A DNA stretch of 63,737 nucleotides, counting the filler, from Collodictyon triciliatum (taxonomy: Eukaryota), in NCBI GenBank assembly GCA_043381765.1. It is 6 parts of 6 records of this genome, joined end to end, with 100 filler letters (N's around TTAATTAATTAA, not from the genome) between each part and the next. Parts side by side here need not be neighbours in the genome. Positions count along the whole stretch, not along the records: positions 1 to 30,318 come from JBHJMP010000880.1; 5 more parts are not named here. The stretch is one strand, 5' to 3'. Position 1 is the stretch's first letter. Every line of letters starts with the position of its first letter. Position numbers and translations under genes: made by a program. Below are positions 1-15,800 of the stretch, piece by piece. The notes below the pieces were generated by a model that searched no databases, was not told where the DNA came from, and worked only from the letters and a program-made list of their open reading frames with translations.

Positions 1-365
1 AGAAATAGAAAAAAGAAATAGAAAAAAGAAATAGAAAAAAGAAATAGAAAAAAGAAACAGAAAAAAGAAATAAAAAGAAATAGAAAAAAGAAAGAAATAG
101 AAAAAAGAAATAGAAAAAAGAAACAGAAAAAAGAAACAGAAAAAAGAAACAGAAAAAAGAAACAGAAAAAAGAAACAGAAAAAAGAAATAGAAAAAAGAA
201 ATAGAAAAAAGAAATAGAAAAAGAAATAGAAAAAAGAAAGAAAAGAATGAAAAAAGAAAGAAAAAGAATGAAAAAAGAAAGAAATAGAAAAAAGAAAGAA
301 AAGAATGAAAAAAGAAATGGAAAAAGAAAAAGAAAAAAGAAAAAGAAAAAAGAAAATAGAAAGAA
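1..365. repeat. Purine-rich degenerate minisatellite (AAAAAAGAAA[T/C]AG-like ~13-mer units)
   Basis: Tandem agaaatagaaaaa/agaaacagaaaaa units read directly from the sequence. Confidence 0.85.
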
Positions 366-903
366 AAATTAAAGAAATAGGAAAATGAATTGTTGATTGA
401 AAAGCTAATCGACAGATTGATCAAAAGTTGCAGTGGCCATCACATGATTTAAATCAGAATCAAACGCCAAAAAAATAACAATAACTAAAAAAAATAATTT
501 ATTAATAAGTTTCTAATAAAACAGACGCTGACTTCTTAAGAGATCCAAAGTATGTCGCCCAAGATATTGAGCGAAAGCGACTCTAAAAGAAGGCCAAACA
601 GCCGCAGAGCCTCTTTAGTATACCTCCCTTCGCCTCAGAGGCCCAAAGGACAGCCCAACGCAGGGCAACAACCGGATGTTACGGGCTTTGAACTGCCTAT
701 TTTCCAATTCCCATTCATCGGACATCGCCCGTTGAGCCACGCCACTTTTGGGCCGACAATGAGGCATAACAAAAATCCACATATGAAATATTTCTGCGTA
801 TTCTTCCTTGTTTTATTTTTTTTTAATCAACACCACGCACGCAGAGCAAAAGCACACTCGCGTCGGATGTGAATCTCAAACCCGCCGAAAGCCACAACGC
901 ATA

Positions 904-3958
<3,055 letters not shown>

Positions 3959-5537
3959 NNNNNNNNNNNNNNNNNNNNNNNNNNNNNNNNNNNNNNNNNN
4001 NNNNNNNNNNNNNNNNNNNNNNNNNNNNNNNNNNNNNNNNNNNNNNNNNNNNNNNNNNNNNNNNNNNNNNNNNNNNNNNNNNNNNNNNNNNNNNNNNNNN
4101 NNNNNNNNNNNNNNNNNNNNNNNNNNNNNNNNNNNNNNNNNNNNNNNNNNNNNNNNNNNNNNNNNNNNNNNNNNNNNNNNNNNNNNNNNNNNNNNNNNNN
4201 NNNNNNNNNNNNNNNNNNNNNNNNNNNNNNNNNNNNNNNNNNNNNNNNNNNNNNNNNNNNNNNNNNNNNNNNNNNNNNNNNNNNNNNNNNNNNNNNNNNN
4301 NNNNNNNNNNNNNNNNNNNNNNNNNNNNNNNNNNNNNNNNNNNNNNNNNNNNNNNNNNNNNNNNNNNNNNNNNNNNNNNNNNNNNNNNNNNNNNNNNNNN
4401 NNNNNNNNNNNNNNNNNNNNNNNNNNNNNNNNNNNNNNNNNNNNNNNNNNNNNNNNNNNNNNNNNNNNNNNNCACCAGTGTCTGGTTTAGGCTGGCACTA
4501 AAATTTCCACAAATATATAAATATTTGTCCAATTCAATAAAAATCATCTATCCTGATGTTCCAGATATATACCAGACCACAGGCTTGATTGTGTTGAGCA
4601 CGACGTTTCGCCAATACACTCATAAACCGCTGTCCAAAAAGCAATGCCGAAATGAATCCGAATCTGTCAAACTCATCAAAAAAAAATTAGGAAGAAAAAA
4701 ATGGCATATGGAAAATACCCATATATAAAGAGCCTGGCGAGATGTATCCACAGAATGGTATTGACACTGTGGGGATGTGCGCCTGATTTCTCGCTGGATC
4801 AGACGTAGATCAAATGGCCAATGCTCAAGCATTTGAGGAGGGAGCGCAGATTGCCTTGCCCACTAATTCCCTCACTCTCATCTACTTGGCCTTGCGGGTA
4901 CTCCGTCTATGCTTCCAGCGTCCTACGCTATATCAATCTGCTTCACGGCAAAGAAACCTCTGCCTGCTTCATATCCACAAGCGAGACTCAAAGTGAGAAA
5001 GGCCGATTCCTTTAGGGCGAATCTACTCACCCGCAGTTTTTCAAACGCAGTGACCCAAGGCACACACGGACTCACACGGACCGCATCCTTGCTGACCTGT
5101 CTGCTCAGTTTGCTCAAGCCGGACAATAGACATAGAGCCCCATAGAGTTTCTCTTACACCGCCCAGCTTGCTTCAAACCCAGCTCAGCACTCGGACCCAA
5201 ACTTCATCGCGTACGAGGACAACTTTTGTAGTTGCACAAGTCTTCTACTGTGCTCCTTTCATCATCATTCGTATTTACATTTTTTATTTTCTATAGCTTT
5301 GGACTCACGATCCCACAAGACAACGATTGTCGAACACACCAGTTTACACTCACCAAATCAACACTTGTTAAAGTTTTCAACCCCACCGTTAGTTCTCCTC
5401 CTTCTCAACGACCCTAATCACACGAATTGTTTTGTGTCAGATGAAGGAATTCCTTCGTATTCCTCCTTTTTTTTTTCTACTATTCCATTTATAAAAACTC
5501 TTTACACGCCTTATAACCCCATTTTCTTCGTCCAACA

Positions 5538-5543
5538 TATAAA
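5538..5543 (+). promoter_or_regulatory. Possible TATA box upstream of the FAS start
   Basis: TATAAA about 45 nt upstream of the inferred ATG 5587; the motif alone is weak evidence in AT-rich DNA. Confidence 0.2.
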
Positions 5544-5586
5544 TCGGAACTTTTAAAAAAACCCAACCAGAACAAGTTTCCAGGGA

Positions 5587-7403
5587 ATGTCGGACCATGG
5601 TATCTCCCTCTTTATCCATACACCCACCTACAAACATCGCTTATCTGAGTCTCCTGTTAAGGTTTTCATTCCCTCCTCACCAACACACTCTTATTCACAA
5701 ACGCCCCATTCCTATCAGACACACATCCTGCCCCCTTCGACCTGTGGAAGAAACACCACGCGCTTGAGAAAGCCGCAGCCCATGCCCAGCATTCCGAAAA
5801 TGCGGAACTGGTAAGCCCGGACATGAGCTACTCTCCTCGCACACAAAAGACAAAAAGACAAAAAGACAAAAAGACAAAAAAGGGAAAAAAAGGGAAAAAA
5901 AGGGAAAAAAAGGGAAAAAAAGGGAAAAAAGAAAAAAGAAAAAAGAAAAAAGAAAAAAGAAAAAAAAGAGATATAATACTAACCTACTCTCCACTACAGA
6001 CCCCGGTGAAGCTGACCGACACGACGGAGCTATGGGTCCCGCACGAACTCGCGGTTGCATCCCAGACCATCTGGGAGCGCTACGTTCGCAAGACAGAGAC
6101 CGCCAAAGCCCTTGTGAGCGGCCCCGAGCCAAGCAGCGAAGCCGACGAAGCGCCCGCCGACCGCACGGTGCGCACATGGTTGCACTTTGTGAACGCCGTT
6201 CTGCACCAAACCACATCATCACCATCACCATCACCATCACCATCGCCCACAAACACAAACACCGAGGCAGACACCGCTGCAGACGCAGACGCAGACGCAG
6301 ACGCACTCAAGGTTGCGACGACAACACGACAGTATCTGCTGCGCATCGGCCTGGACGCAGTAGAGCGCGCGCTGCCGCCCGGGACGACGCTTCACGTGGC
6401 GACACGAGGGATGGCGGAAGGGCGGGAGCTGCTGCGGAGCGTCTTTGTCGGACGCGGCGAGCTGCACGGGCCGTGGACGCGCGAGTGGGAGAGCGAGGCC
6501 GGGGCGCTGACCCAGTCATCTACACCATCATTATCATCACCACCATCATCAGCATCACCGCAGACGGGCGGGGCATGCGCCGGGCTGTTTGGCGGGCAGG
6601 GCCAGGGCGGGGCGTGGCTGCAGGAGCTGCGGACGCTGCATGCGACATACCCGGCCGTGCGCGGGCTGATTGCCGAGTGGGCCGGGATTGTTGCGGCGCT
6701 CGCTCAGGCGGAGGACGCAGGCGGGGACGTGTATCGCCACGGCGTGGACGTGCTTGCCTGGATCCGGGATGCGGGCAGCGCGCCGTTCGGCGAGTATCTC
6801 GCGGCCGCGCCGGTCAGCTACCCGTTTGTCGGGGTGACGCAGCTGGCGCACTATGCAAACACGCTGCTGCTTCTCGGCTGCGGCCCGCACACGGCCCCGG
6901 GCTCCTGGCTGCGCGCCGCCGTCGGGCACTCGCAGGGCGTTGTCGCCGCCACAGTTGCCGCCGCCGTCCCGGGCCTCGTGCGCCGCGCGCAGCTGCCGCC
7001 CTGGGCCGCCTTCCAGCGCCTCGCCCGCCACGCTGTCGTCGCCCTCTTCTTCTGCGGCGCACGCGTCCACGCTGCACAGCCCTTCCCGGCCTCCGTCTCT
7101 GCAACCCGCCCCGACATCCTCCGCGAAAGCGAGGCCAACGGCGACCGCCGCCCGTCTCCCATGCTCGCCGTCCTTCAACTCCCGCATGCGGTCCTCGACT
7201 CGTATGTCGCCCGCGTCAACGCCGCCCTCGGCTCCGACCTCACGCGACATCTCCAGATTGCCCTGGTCAACGGGCCCCGCGCCTTTGTCGTCTGCGGCCA
7301 TCCCGAGAGTCTCCACATGCTGGCGCAGCTCCTCCGCGCAAAAGAAGGTTTGTTTACCCTTTATTTAAATCGGTTGATTGCTCAATATATATATTTTGTG
7401 TTT

Positions 7404-7470
<67 letters not shown>

Positions 7471-10400
7471 TTCGTTTGTGATGTAATGGGTGGCTGCTGT
7501 CTAGCTCCTTCCAATGTCGAGATTGACCAGAGTCGCGTTCCGTTCTCAAAGAGAAAAAAGCCGTTCACACTAAAGTACCTCGACGTCTCGGCGCCTTTCC
7601 ACTCTTCAAAGTTTGTGTTGGTTACTCGGAGAATCTATCCATCGCTCAATAATATTTCGTCGACGTGCACCTGTTATCTCTCCCTTTCTGCTACTCTTTC
7701 GCTCCCTGGGATTCAATGGCGCCCATACTGCGACTAATATATGGTTATTGCCCGTTTGTTTTGGGTATCATTAAAAGCGTGTTTATCGTAACGAGCGCTG
7801 CGATTTCTTTTTCATCTCTAGCCTGCTGAGCTCAGTCCCAGCTCGTATCATGGAGGACTTGAAGAAGCATGACGTGGAATTCCTTGCCTCCGACTTGGAA
7901 ATACCTGTTTACTCCACAAAGGATGGTTCGGACTTACGCTCATGCGCTGACCTGACCTCCACACTTATCAGGTTTTTTTCTTTTTTTCCTTTTCCTTTTC
8001 CTTTTCCTTTTCCTTTTCCTTTTCCTTTTCCTTTTCCTTTTCCTTTTCCTTTTCCTTTTCCTTTTCCTTTTCCTTTTCCTTTTTCATTCTACTCTACTCT
8101 ACTCTACTCTACTCTACTCTACTCTACTCTACTCTACTCTACTCTACTCTACTCTACTCTACTCTACTCTACTCTACTCTACTCTACTCTTTTCTTTCCT
8201 TTTCTATTCTACTCTTTTCTTTTCTTTTATTTTCCTTTCTATCAAAGCGAGCTTATTTTCACTGCTTTACAGACTGCAAATTTGCGAGCCCGTCAACTTC
8301 ATCAAATGCATGGAGCCCATCTCAGCAGCCAACGGGTTTACGCACATCATCGACTTCGGTCCGGGTGAAACTAGTGGAGCAGGAAGCATTGTCGCCCGTA
8401 ATATGAACGGCGCTGGAATTCAGGTTAGCTTTATCGACTGTTCATTTAACACCATTTTTCTCACATCAAATAGGTTTTTCTTATTTTTGTTTTCCTGTTC
8501 AATATATTTCAACCACACCAATTTGTAGCTGAATATCCTCACTGTATTTCTTCATAAAACCTTCAGATTGTTTTGGCTGGTTGCTTCTCAGTCCCACCCT
8601 CCCCGAATATAGTTTCCGACAAGTCTGTCCTTTTCGAAAAGAGAAAGGAATTCGTTCCATATGCACCGGTAAGATTCCCTTTCCTCTCCTTCTCTTTATT
8701 TTTAACTTGTGTCACCTATAAAAAAAAGTATCTAAAAACCCTTCCTTCCCTTGAATCGAATAAAGGAAAAAAAACTTGTGTCCCCTTACTTTTGATTTCT
8801 TATGTCCTGTTTCGGCCGTACATTTCATTGGTTGGAAAACAAATAATCAAAACAACTAAGCCAAGTTACCTAATTCATTACATAAATAGAATTGGGCTGT
8901 GGAGTATCAACCGAAACTAGTCAAGCGCGAAGTGGATGGAAAAGTTATACTTGACACCCGTTTCTCTCGCCTAATTGGAAAGCCTCCAATCATGGTTGCT
9001 GGAATGGTACACACGCAAGCACTTACACATCCTCTCACTAGTTTTTATATGCAACCACCATCACAAGCGTATCGAGTCTCGAGTGTAAAGCCAAACAATT
9101 TATAAATATATATTACCTAGACACCCACCACCGTTCATCCACCGCTGATTGCCGCTGTCTTGAATGCTGGATATCACGGTGAATTGGCAGGAGGCGGTCT
9201 CCCAACAGAAAAGGTAGCTACGAACATATTATCTAATTCACAGCCCCCTTTCGATGGAAATAAAAACTCTAAAGTTTCTTAATACAACTCGACGGTTTTT
9301 TCATATCATGATTGTTGTCTAGAATATCAAACCATAGGGACTCTGTGATTGTCATTCATACAATTACATTAAAAATATTTCCATATCAATTATCAGATGT
9401 TTAGAGACCACGTTCATGGCGTTCTTTCTGAGGCAACAGAGGGAAATGGTGTCACGCTCAATCTTCTTTTCCTAAATGCTCGTCTGTGGGGAATGCAAGT
9501 ATGATGAATTACTTTCTAGTATCATCTATTCATTATTCCTTAGGACTCTCATGCGCCCATATATCGTATCCAATGTCGAGTATCTACGTGACTATCCTTG
9601 ATTCCTCATCGATTTCAACTACAGTACCCTCTGATCAAGAAAATGCGGACCGAAGGCATCCCCATAGAGGGACTGACATGCGCGGCCGGTGTCCCATCCA
9701 TCGACAATGCCACTGAAATCCTCACAACATTGAAGGAATCTGGATTACGCCATGTGTCCTTCAAGCCTGGCTCCATTCAGGTCATAATTTTACATCCCAT
9801 TCTCATAGATTGTGTCTACATATAAGAGGAATTTGACTTGGTATTGATTTTTATCCCACATTTTCCTATGATTAACAAATATCCTCAGCCAGTTAAACCT
9901 CAAAGTGCCTTTTTCTTTTCTTATTCATAATAGGCCATTCACGATGTAATCAAAATCGCTGCTGCCAATGCCACAGTCCAAATCATCCTTCAATGGACTG
10001 GTGGGCGTGGAGGTGGTCACCATAGGTATGATGGTATTTACAGTCATCATAAGTATTCTTCTTTCTCTGCTCTTTGTTGCATTCAAATGTTAATGCCCCG
10101 GTACTTTCTCTCAATTACACGGAGTTGTTAACTTCCACAAAAAACCAAACCATTATTAGCTTTGAGGATTTCCATGAACCTATGCTCCAGACGTACAGTG
10201 ATATCAGAAACCAGAAGAATATCGTGCTTGTTGCTGGAAGTGGATTCGGAGACGCCGAAGGCTCCTGGCCATACATGGTACGAATTTTGCTCATATTGAG
10301 TTAAAGTGTAGAAGTCTAGGAACGACACCGTGCACTTATTTTTTTTTAAACATATGTCATGCATATTTGAATCGAATAAAAAGCGAAACAAAACTCAAAT

Positions 10401-12771
10401 GTCATAAATGTACACCAATATACAAACAAACCAAAGGTTCTATCATTTTTTCTGAAGAAAATATTTATTGTCGAATTAAGATTTAATCACCTTTTCTTGT
10501 GGATCTAATATTCGGTATAGTCCGGGCAATGGAGCACACAATACGGCTACCCTCCCATGCCATTTGACGGAATTCTGCTGGGCTCAAGAGTGATGGTTGC
10601 CAAAGAAGCGGCCACTGCAAATGAAGTCAAAGAATTGCTTGTTCAGGTAACAAACGATCGAATGTAACATTTATATATTCTCTAATTCTATTAGTCAGCT
10701 TTCATATGTTTATCTAATATGAGAAACTGTTCTTACTTCCTAATCTCCAAATCGCCCCAAGACTCCTGGAATCAAAACAGACGCTGAATGGGAGCTTAGT
10801 TACGACTCCGTCGCGGGAGGAATCATCACAGTGATGTCTGAGCTCGGAGAACCCATCCATAAGGTTGGAACCCGAGGACTGCTCTTCTGGAGGTTTGTCC
10901 ATAAACCTATTTAGTATACTCTAACAGAAAAATGGAGTCATAACCAAAACTTTAATATGATTGAATTACAATATTTACATGTTATTGAAATCTGACTTTT
11001 TTTTTATCTGTTATCCAGAGAAATGGATAAGGACATCTTCTCTCAGTCAAAGGAAAAGCAGATACAGTTGATATCTGCCAAGAAGGATTACATCATCAAG
11101 AAACTGAACGCTGACTTCCAGAAGGTTTACTTTGGGAAGAGGCGAAATGGTTCTGTTGTCGACTTGCACCAAATGACCTATGAAGATGTGCTCTACAGGC
11201 TTGTTGAGCTGACCTATATTCTCAACACCAAAGTGAATACGCAATACATATTAACAATGAATTACTTTTTTGATTTTTTTTTTATAAAACTCCAAAATCT
11301 GATTCATACCAAACGTTCATAAGGTTGACTTAAGTGAACATACTAACATATTTGCGTTCAGACCAACGAGCGCGTCTGGATTCACAATGACTTTAGGGAT
11401 AGAATATACACATTCGCTGTCCGAATGGAGGAAAGATTTGTCGGCGAAGTAAGTGTATTCCTGGATTACGATGATAATCCAAACCAGAATCGCATTTCTG
11501 ATTTGTTTACTATTCTTATTATTAATAAATGTTTTCCTTCCCTGATTTTTATCATTATTATTACAAAGGTCTTCCTCTCGGATTGGAAAGAGAAAGAGTT
11601 CACAGGAGATGATGAATCTGACAGCCAATTCAAGTAAGATGCATAAAGAAAACAAAGTAAAATATCCACATGCTTGAGTCATGAATTCTTGTTGTATTGA
11701 CAAACATGACAAAAGCACCAACATAACTAATACACGTAGAACCGTTCCAAATTCAGTGNNNNNNNNNNNNNNNNNNNNNNNNNNNNNNNNNNNNNNNNNN
11801 NNNNNNNNNNNNNNNNNNNNNNNNNNNNNNNNNNNNNNNNNNNNNNNNNNNNNNNNNNNNNNNNNNNNNNNNNNNNNNNNNNNNNNNNNNNNNNNNNNNN
11901 NNNNNNNNNNNNNNNNNNNNNNNNNNNNNNNNNNNNNNNNNNNNNNNNNNNNNNNNNNNNNNNNNNNNNNNNNNNNNNNNNNNNNNNNNNNNNNNNNNNN
12001 NNNNNNNNNNNNNNNNNNNNNNNNNNNNNNNNNNNNNNNNNNNNNNNNNNNNNNNNNNNNNNNNNNNNNNNNNNNNNNNNNNNNNNNNNNNNNNNNNNNN
12101 NNNNNNNNNNNNNNNNNNNNNNNNNNNNNNNNNNNNNNNNNNNNNNNNNNNNNNNNNNNNNNNNNNNNNNNNNNNNNNNNNNNNNNNNNNNNNNNNNNNN
12201 NNNNNNNNNNNNNNNNNNNNNNNNNNNNNNNNNNNNNNNNNNNNNNNNNNNNNNNNNNNNNNNNNNNNNNNNNNNNNNNNNNNNNNNNNNNNNNNNNNNN
12301 NNNNNNNNNNNNNNNNNNNNNNNNNNNNNNNNNNNNNNNNNNNNNAAAAAACTGCAACATCGCTGAGGTTTCACATAGACACAAATCAGTATACTATTGA
12401 GCCAGTGTTAAAAACGATATTAAGATAAAAATTGACCGTAGGATTCCCTTTGGTATTCTGAATATTTGGATGCTGTCCCTGAAAGGGATGTTGGGCGCGT
12501 TTGTATCCTGCAAGGGCCCCTTTCTGTTAAATACTCTGTGAAGGCAAATGAACCCGTGGGTGAAATCTTGGACAATATCCACGAAGGCTTCATTCAAAAA
12601 CTCTCTTCTGAGTTGGAGTCAAAGGTAATGTATTTAATTCTAATGAGCGTTGCTTTGAATCAAATTAATATATATGGGATTTTTTTCTAACCAACCTGTA
12701 GAAAGCATATCCACGTTTCTTTCTCGATTTTTTTTAACCTTCACCTATATACCATCGACCAGTCGTGTAAC

Positions 12772-12839
<68 letters not shown>

Positions 12840-15800
12840 AATGGCGGAATTCCGTACCCGAAAACAGGGAAAAGCAGTACCCGAACAAGTTGAGTATCTC
12901 GGGGGAGAGACTCTATTGACCGTGACTGACGAACAATTATCTGAGGCTACGAACGGGAGCATCAAAATCTCGAAAGAGGTAATAGATTGCCGGATACCAC
13001 GTTTGATAATATTCATGCAGTTATTACACATATCCAAAAATAACATCTACGATTTCTTCCTATTTTACTTCCAATCTTCTTTTTACTTGTCTATCTCTGT
13101 CTTTATGCAAATTTCTAGACTAATAAATAGTCTTGTATATATCGAACCTTAGTCATCAAAGGAAACTGAAATTGTTACCGTGGAGCTTCCCTCTGTCGAG
13201 TCGAGTCTTCCAGAGAGTTCTTTGTGGTTCGAATGGCTCTCCGGGCCTTCATACAATTGGTTAGAATCATCATCTTATTAAAGGGGCATCCCGATTTTTA
13301 TTTGCCTTTTATTTTCGAAATATGATGTTTCTCCCCCAAAGACCCAAAGTCCAACCTTGGTGTTTACGTCTCATAGGTGGAGAGCGCTCCTAACTTCAAC
13401 ATCCTTTGTGTATGGAAGATCCCAGAAGGAAAATTTATTGAGCCATGTTTTCCGACCTCGTCCTGGACTTAAGATTGTCCTTAGATACACAACCAGCGGA
13501 ACAAAAAAGTAAGGAATACAAAGTGCCGGTCTAATTGAATGTTTCAGTATTGTCAAAAAAAAGTAATATTATAATACCCTATTTTCTTTTGATATTCGAA
13601 AGGAATAATATACGGTTCATCACATTATCGAAAATTTGATTTTGATGCTTATTTCACCTTCTGCTTTATAGGAATCTACAAAGCGTCGGTATCTTTGAAC
13701 AAAGTTCTACGCATCCAGATAAGCCATCTTTGCAAGTCAATTACAGTCCCTCCAGCGAAGCAGCCTATGCAGGAAAGATTGTGGTGACCATGTTCCATCA
13801 CCGACCTGCTATTGGTGAACGCGCACCCGGCTTGATTCCACTTGACCTGACATATGGCTACAACCCACGACATGGCTACGCACCAATCCACGCAGACATG
13901 GGATACTGGAATCAGAAAGTCAAAGAATTCTATGCACGTCTGTGGTTTGGTGATGAGGTCTGTACATACAACTATCAAGCTCAAAATGCAAATGTATTCG
14001 AATTCTTCTATGAGATAAATCAACTACTGTCTGCTCATACATATTCTCTTTGTATGTACATTGTATAGGATAACACGACTGTCTTTGAAGCGAATCCTCT
14101 CGATGTCATCTTCAAGTCCCAATTCATTGTCAAGAAGGAGGTGCTTTTTGTATTCATAGTTTTCTAAAAATAAGTAAAAAAAAGAAAAATTGAAGAAGAA
14201 ACAACCAGAATTCATTTGGTTATATGTTATCAAATAAGATCAATTGTGGGTGAACTGACCCGATCTGTCAAATTTGTAGGACGTCGACTCATTCAGCCGC
14301 TCTGTCAACCAAATCCTGAGGTTTTTTCTTTTTGGTCTATGACGGCCCTTGCAATTACCTGTCATTCATCAATCATTCTTTGAAAACAGTTTTCTTGTAT
14401 TCCATTTTTTTAAATTGTGTACTATTCACAAAGAAACGAAGATGGAAAAACTATTGCCCCGATGGACTTTGCTATTGTTGTCGCATGGGAGCCCTTAATC
14501 AAATCTTTGTTCCCGAAAACGATTGACGGAGATATTCTTCAGCTCGTCCATCTATCGGTATCACATTTTTTTTTTTAGCTCTTGCTCTTTTAATTTACTT
14601 AATTATTTACTTAATTATATGACTATGAGCACTTAGTTGTTGTTTGCATATCTTCGTTCAAAATGTCGATAGAATGGATTTTCCGCTGTCTCCAAAGCAC
14701 CGAAGGCTGGCCTAATGGCAGTTGGAGACAAAATTAATATTTCTATGAAGATAGTAGAAATAATTAATAACACCAACGAGTTTCTTGGAAAGCGAGTGTC
14801 AGTTGTTGGTCAACTCTCAAGGTAGACTCTGACATGGATATAAACCATTTTTTTTTTTTTTGTTATCAACCTTCATGTTCCTAGGAAGCCAACGACGACA
14901 TATTGATGTAACATTCAAAAACTCACGAATAGGGAAAATGAAGAGCCCTTCATGGAGATCAAAAGTCAATTCCTATTCAGAGGCACGTTTTCTGATTTTG
15001 CAAACTCCTTCCGACGCTCCAAAGAAACAAGAAAGATTGTGCTTGATAAAAAGGTCTTTGAAAAATTTCAAACACATGTTTGTGATACTATGGCGAGAAA
15101 AGAAAGTCAGTATCCGTGGTCAAACACCTCAACAACGCTTTTATTACATTCCTCTATCTTTTTGTTTTATTGACAGGAAAAAATTGAGATATTGAAATCT
15201 AAGCCTTGGTTCTCCTGGATTGGCAGCGAGGCAGATAATATCAAAACTGGAGATAGTTTGATTGTTGATGTTGAGACTCTAGAGTTCTTCCAGGTTCTCA
15301 TTCCTATGATTACTTTTGAAAAGTCAACACGATGCAAATGATTTTCTCTGCTTGGTTACAGCAAACCTAAGTATCATATGCTATTTTACAGGATGACAAT
15401 ACATCTCTCGAGAAAGTCTTCTGCAAAGGCACTGTCCTGAAGGAAAGTGCAATTACATCGGTATCTGCTACTCGTATTGCTGATGTTGAATATAAAGCAG
15501 AGAAAGTTCAGGTAACATTTATTCATACTTTAAAATAAGAGATTTGTAAACTAGATTATACCCCAAACGCCATCGGCTACATGAAAAAAAACAAACAAAC
15601 AAAATGACATTGTAACGTTTTTTTTTTTATCATGATTGCTGCTACACTACCCACTTGATGAACCATCGACAATATAGGGAAATGCTCTGAAGGCTTATCT
15701 TCTGAGAGAGGGCGAGTCTTTACAACCCGCAATCTTTTTGAGAACTGGTGGCTACAGTTTCCCAGCCAAGGTTTTACTTTATATATTTATAATTAAAAGA

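Noticed and set aside
5823-5999. Lys-rich N-terminus of ORF 5823..7481, resembling an NLS
   Set aside because: A-rich intron sequence between donor 5811 and acceptor 5999; the upstream exons splice in phase without it
6032-7486. Overlapping 484-aa, 253-aa and other alternative-frame ORFs in FAS exon 3
   Set aside because: Arg/Ala/Gly-rich shadows caused by high GC; no independent motifs
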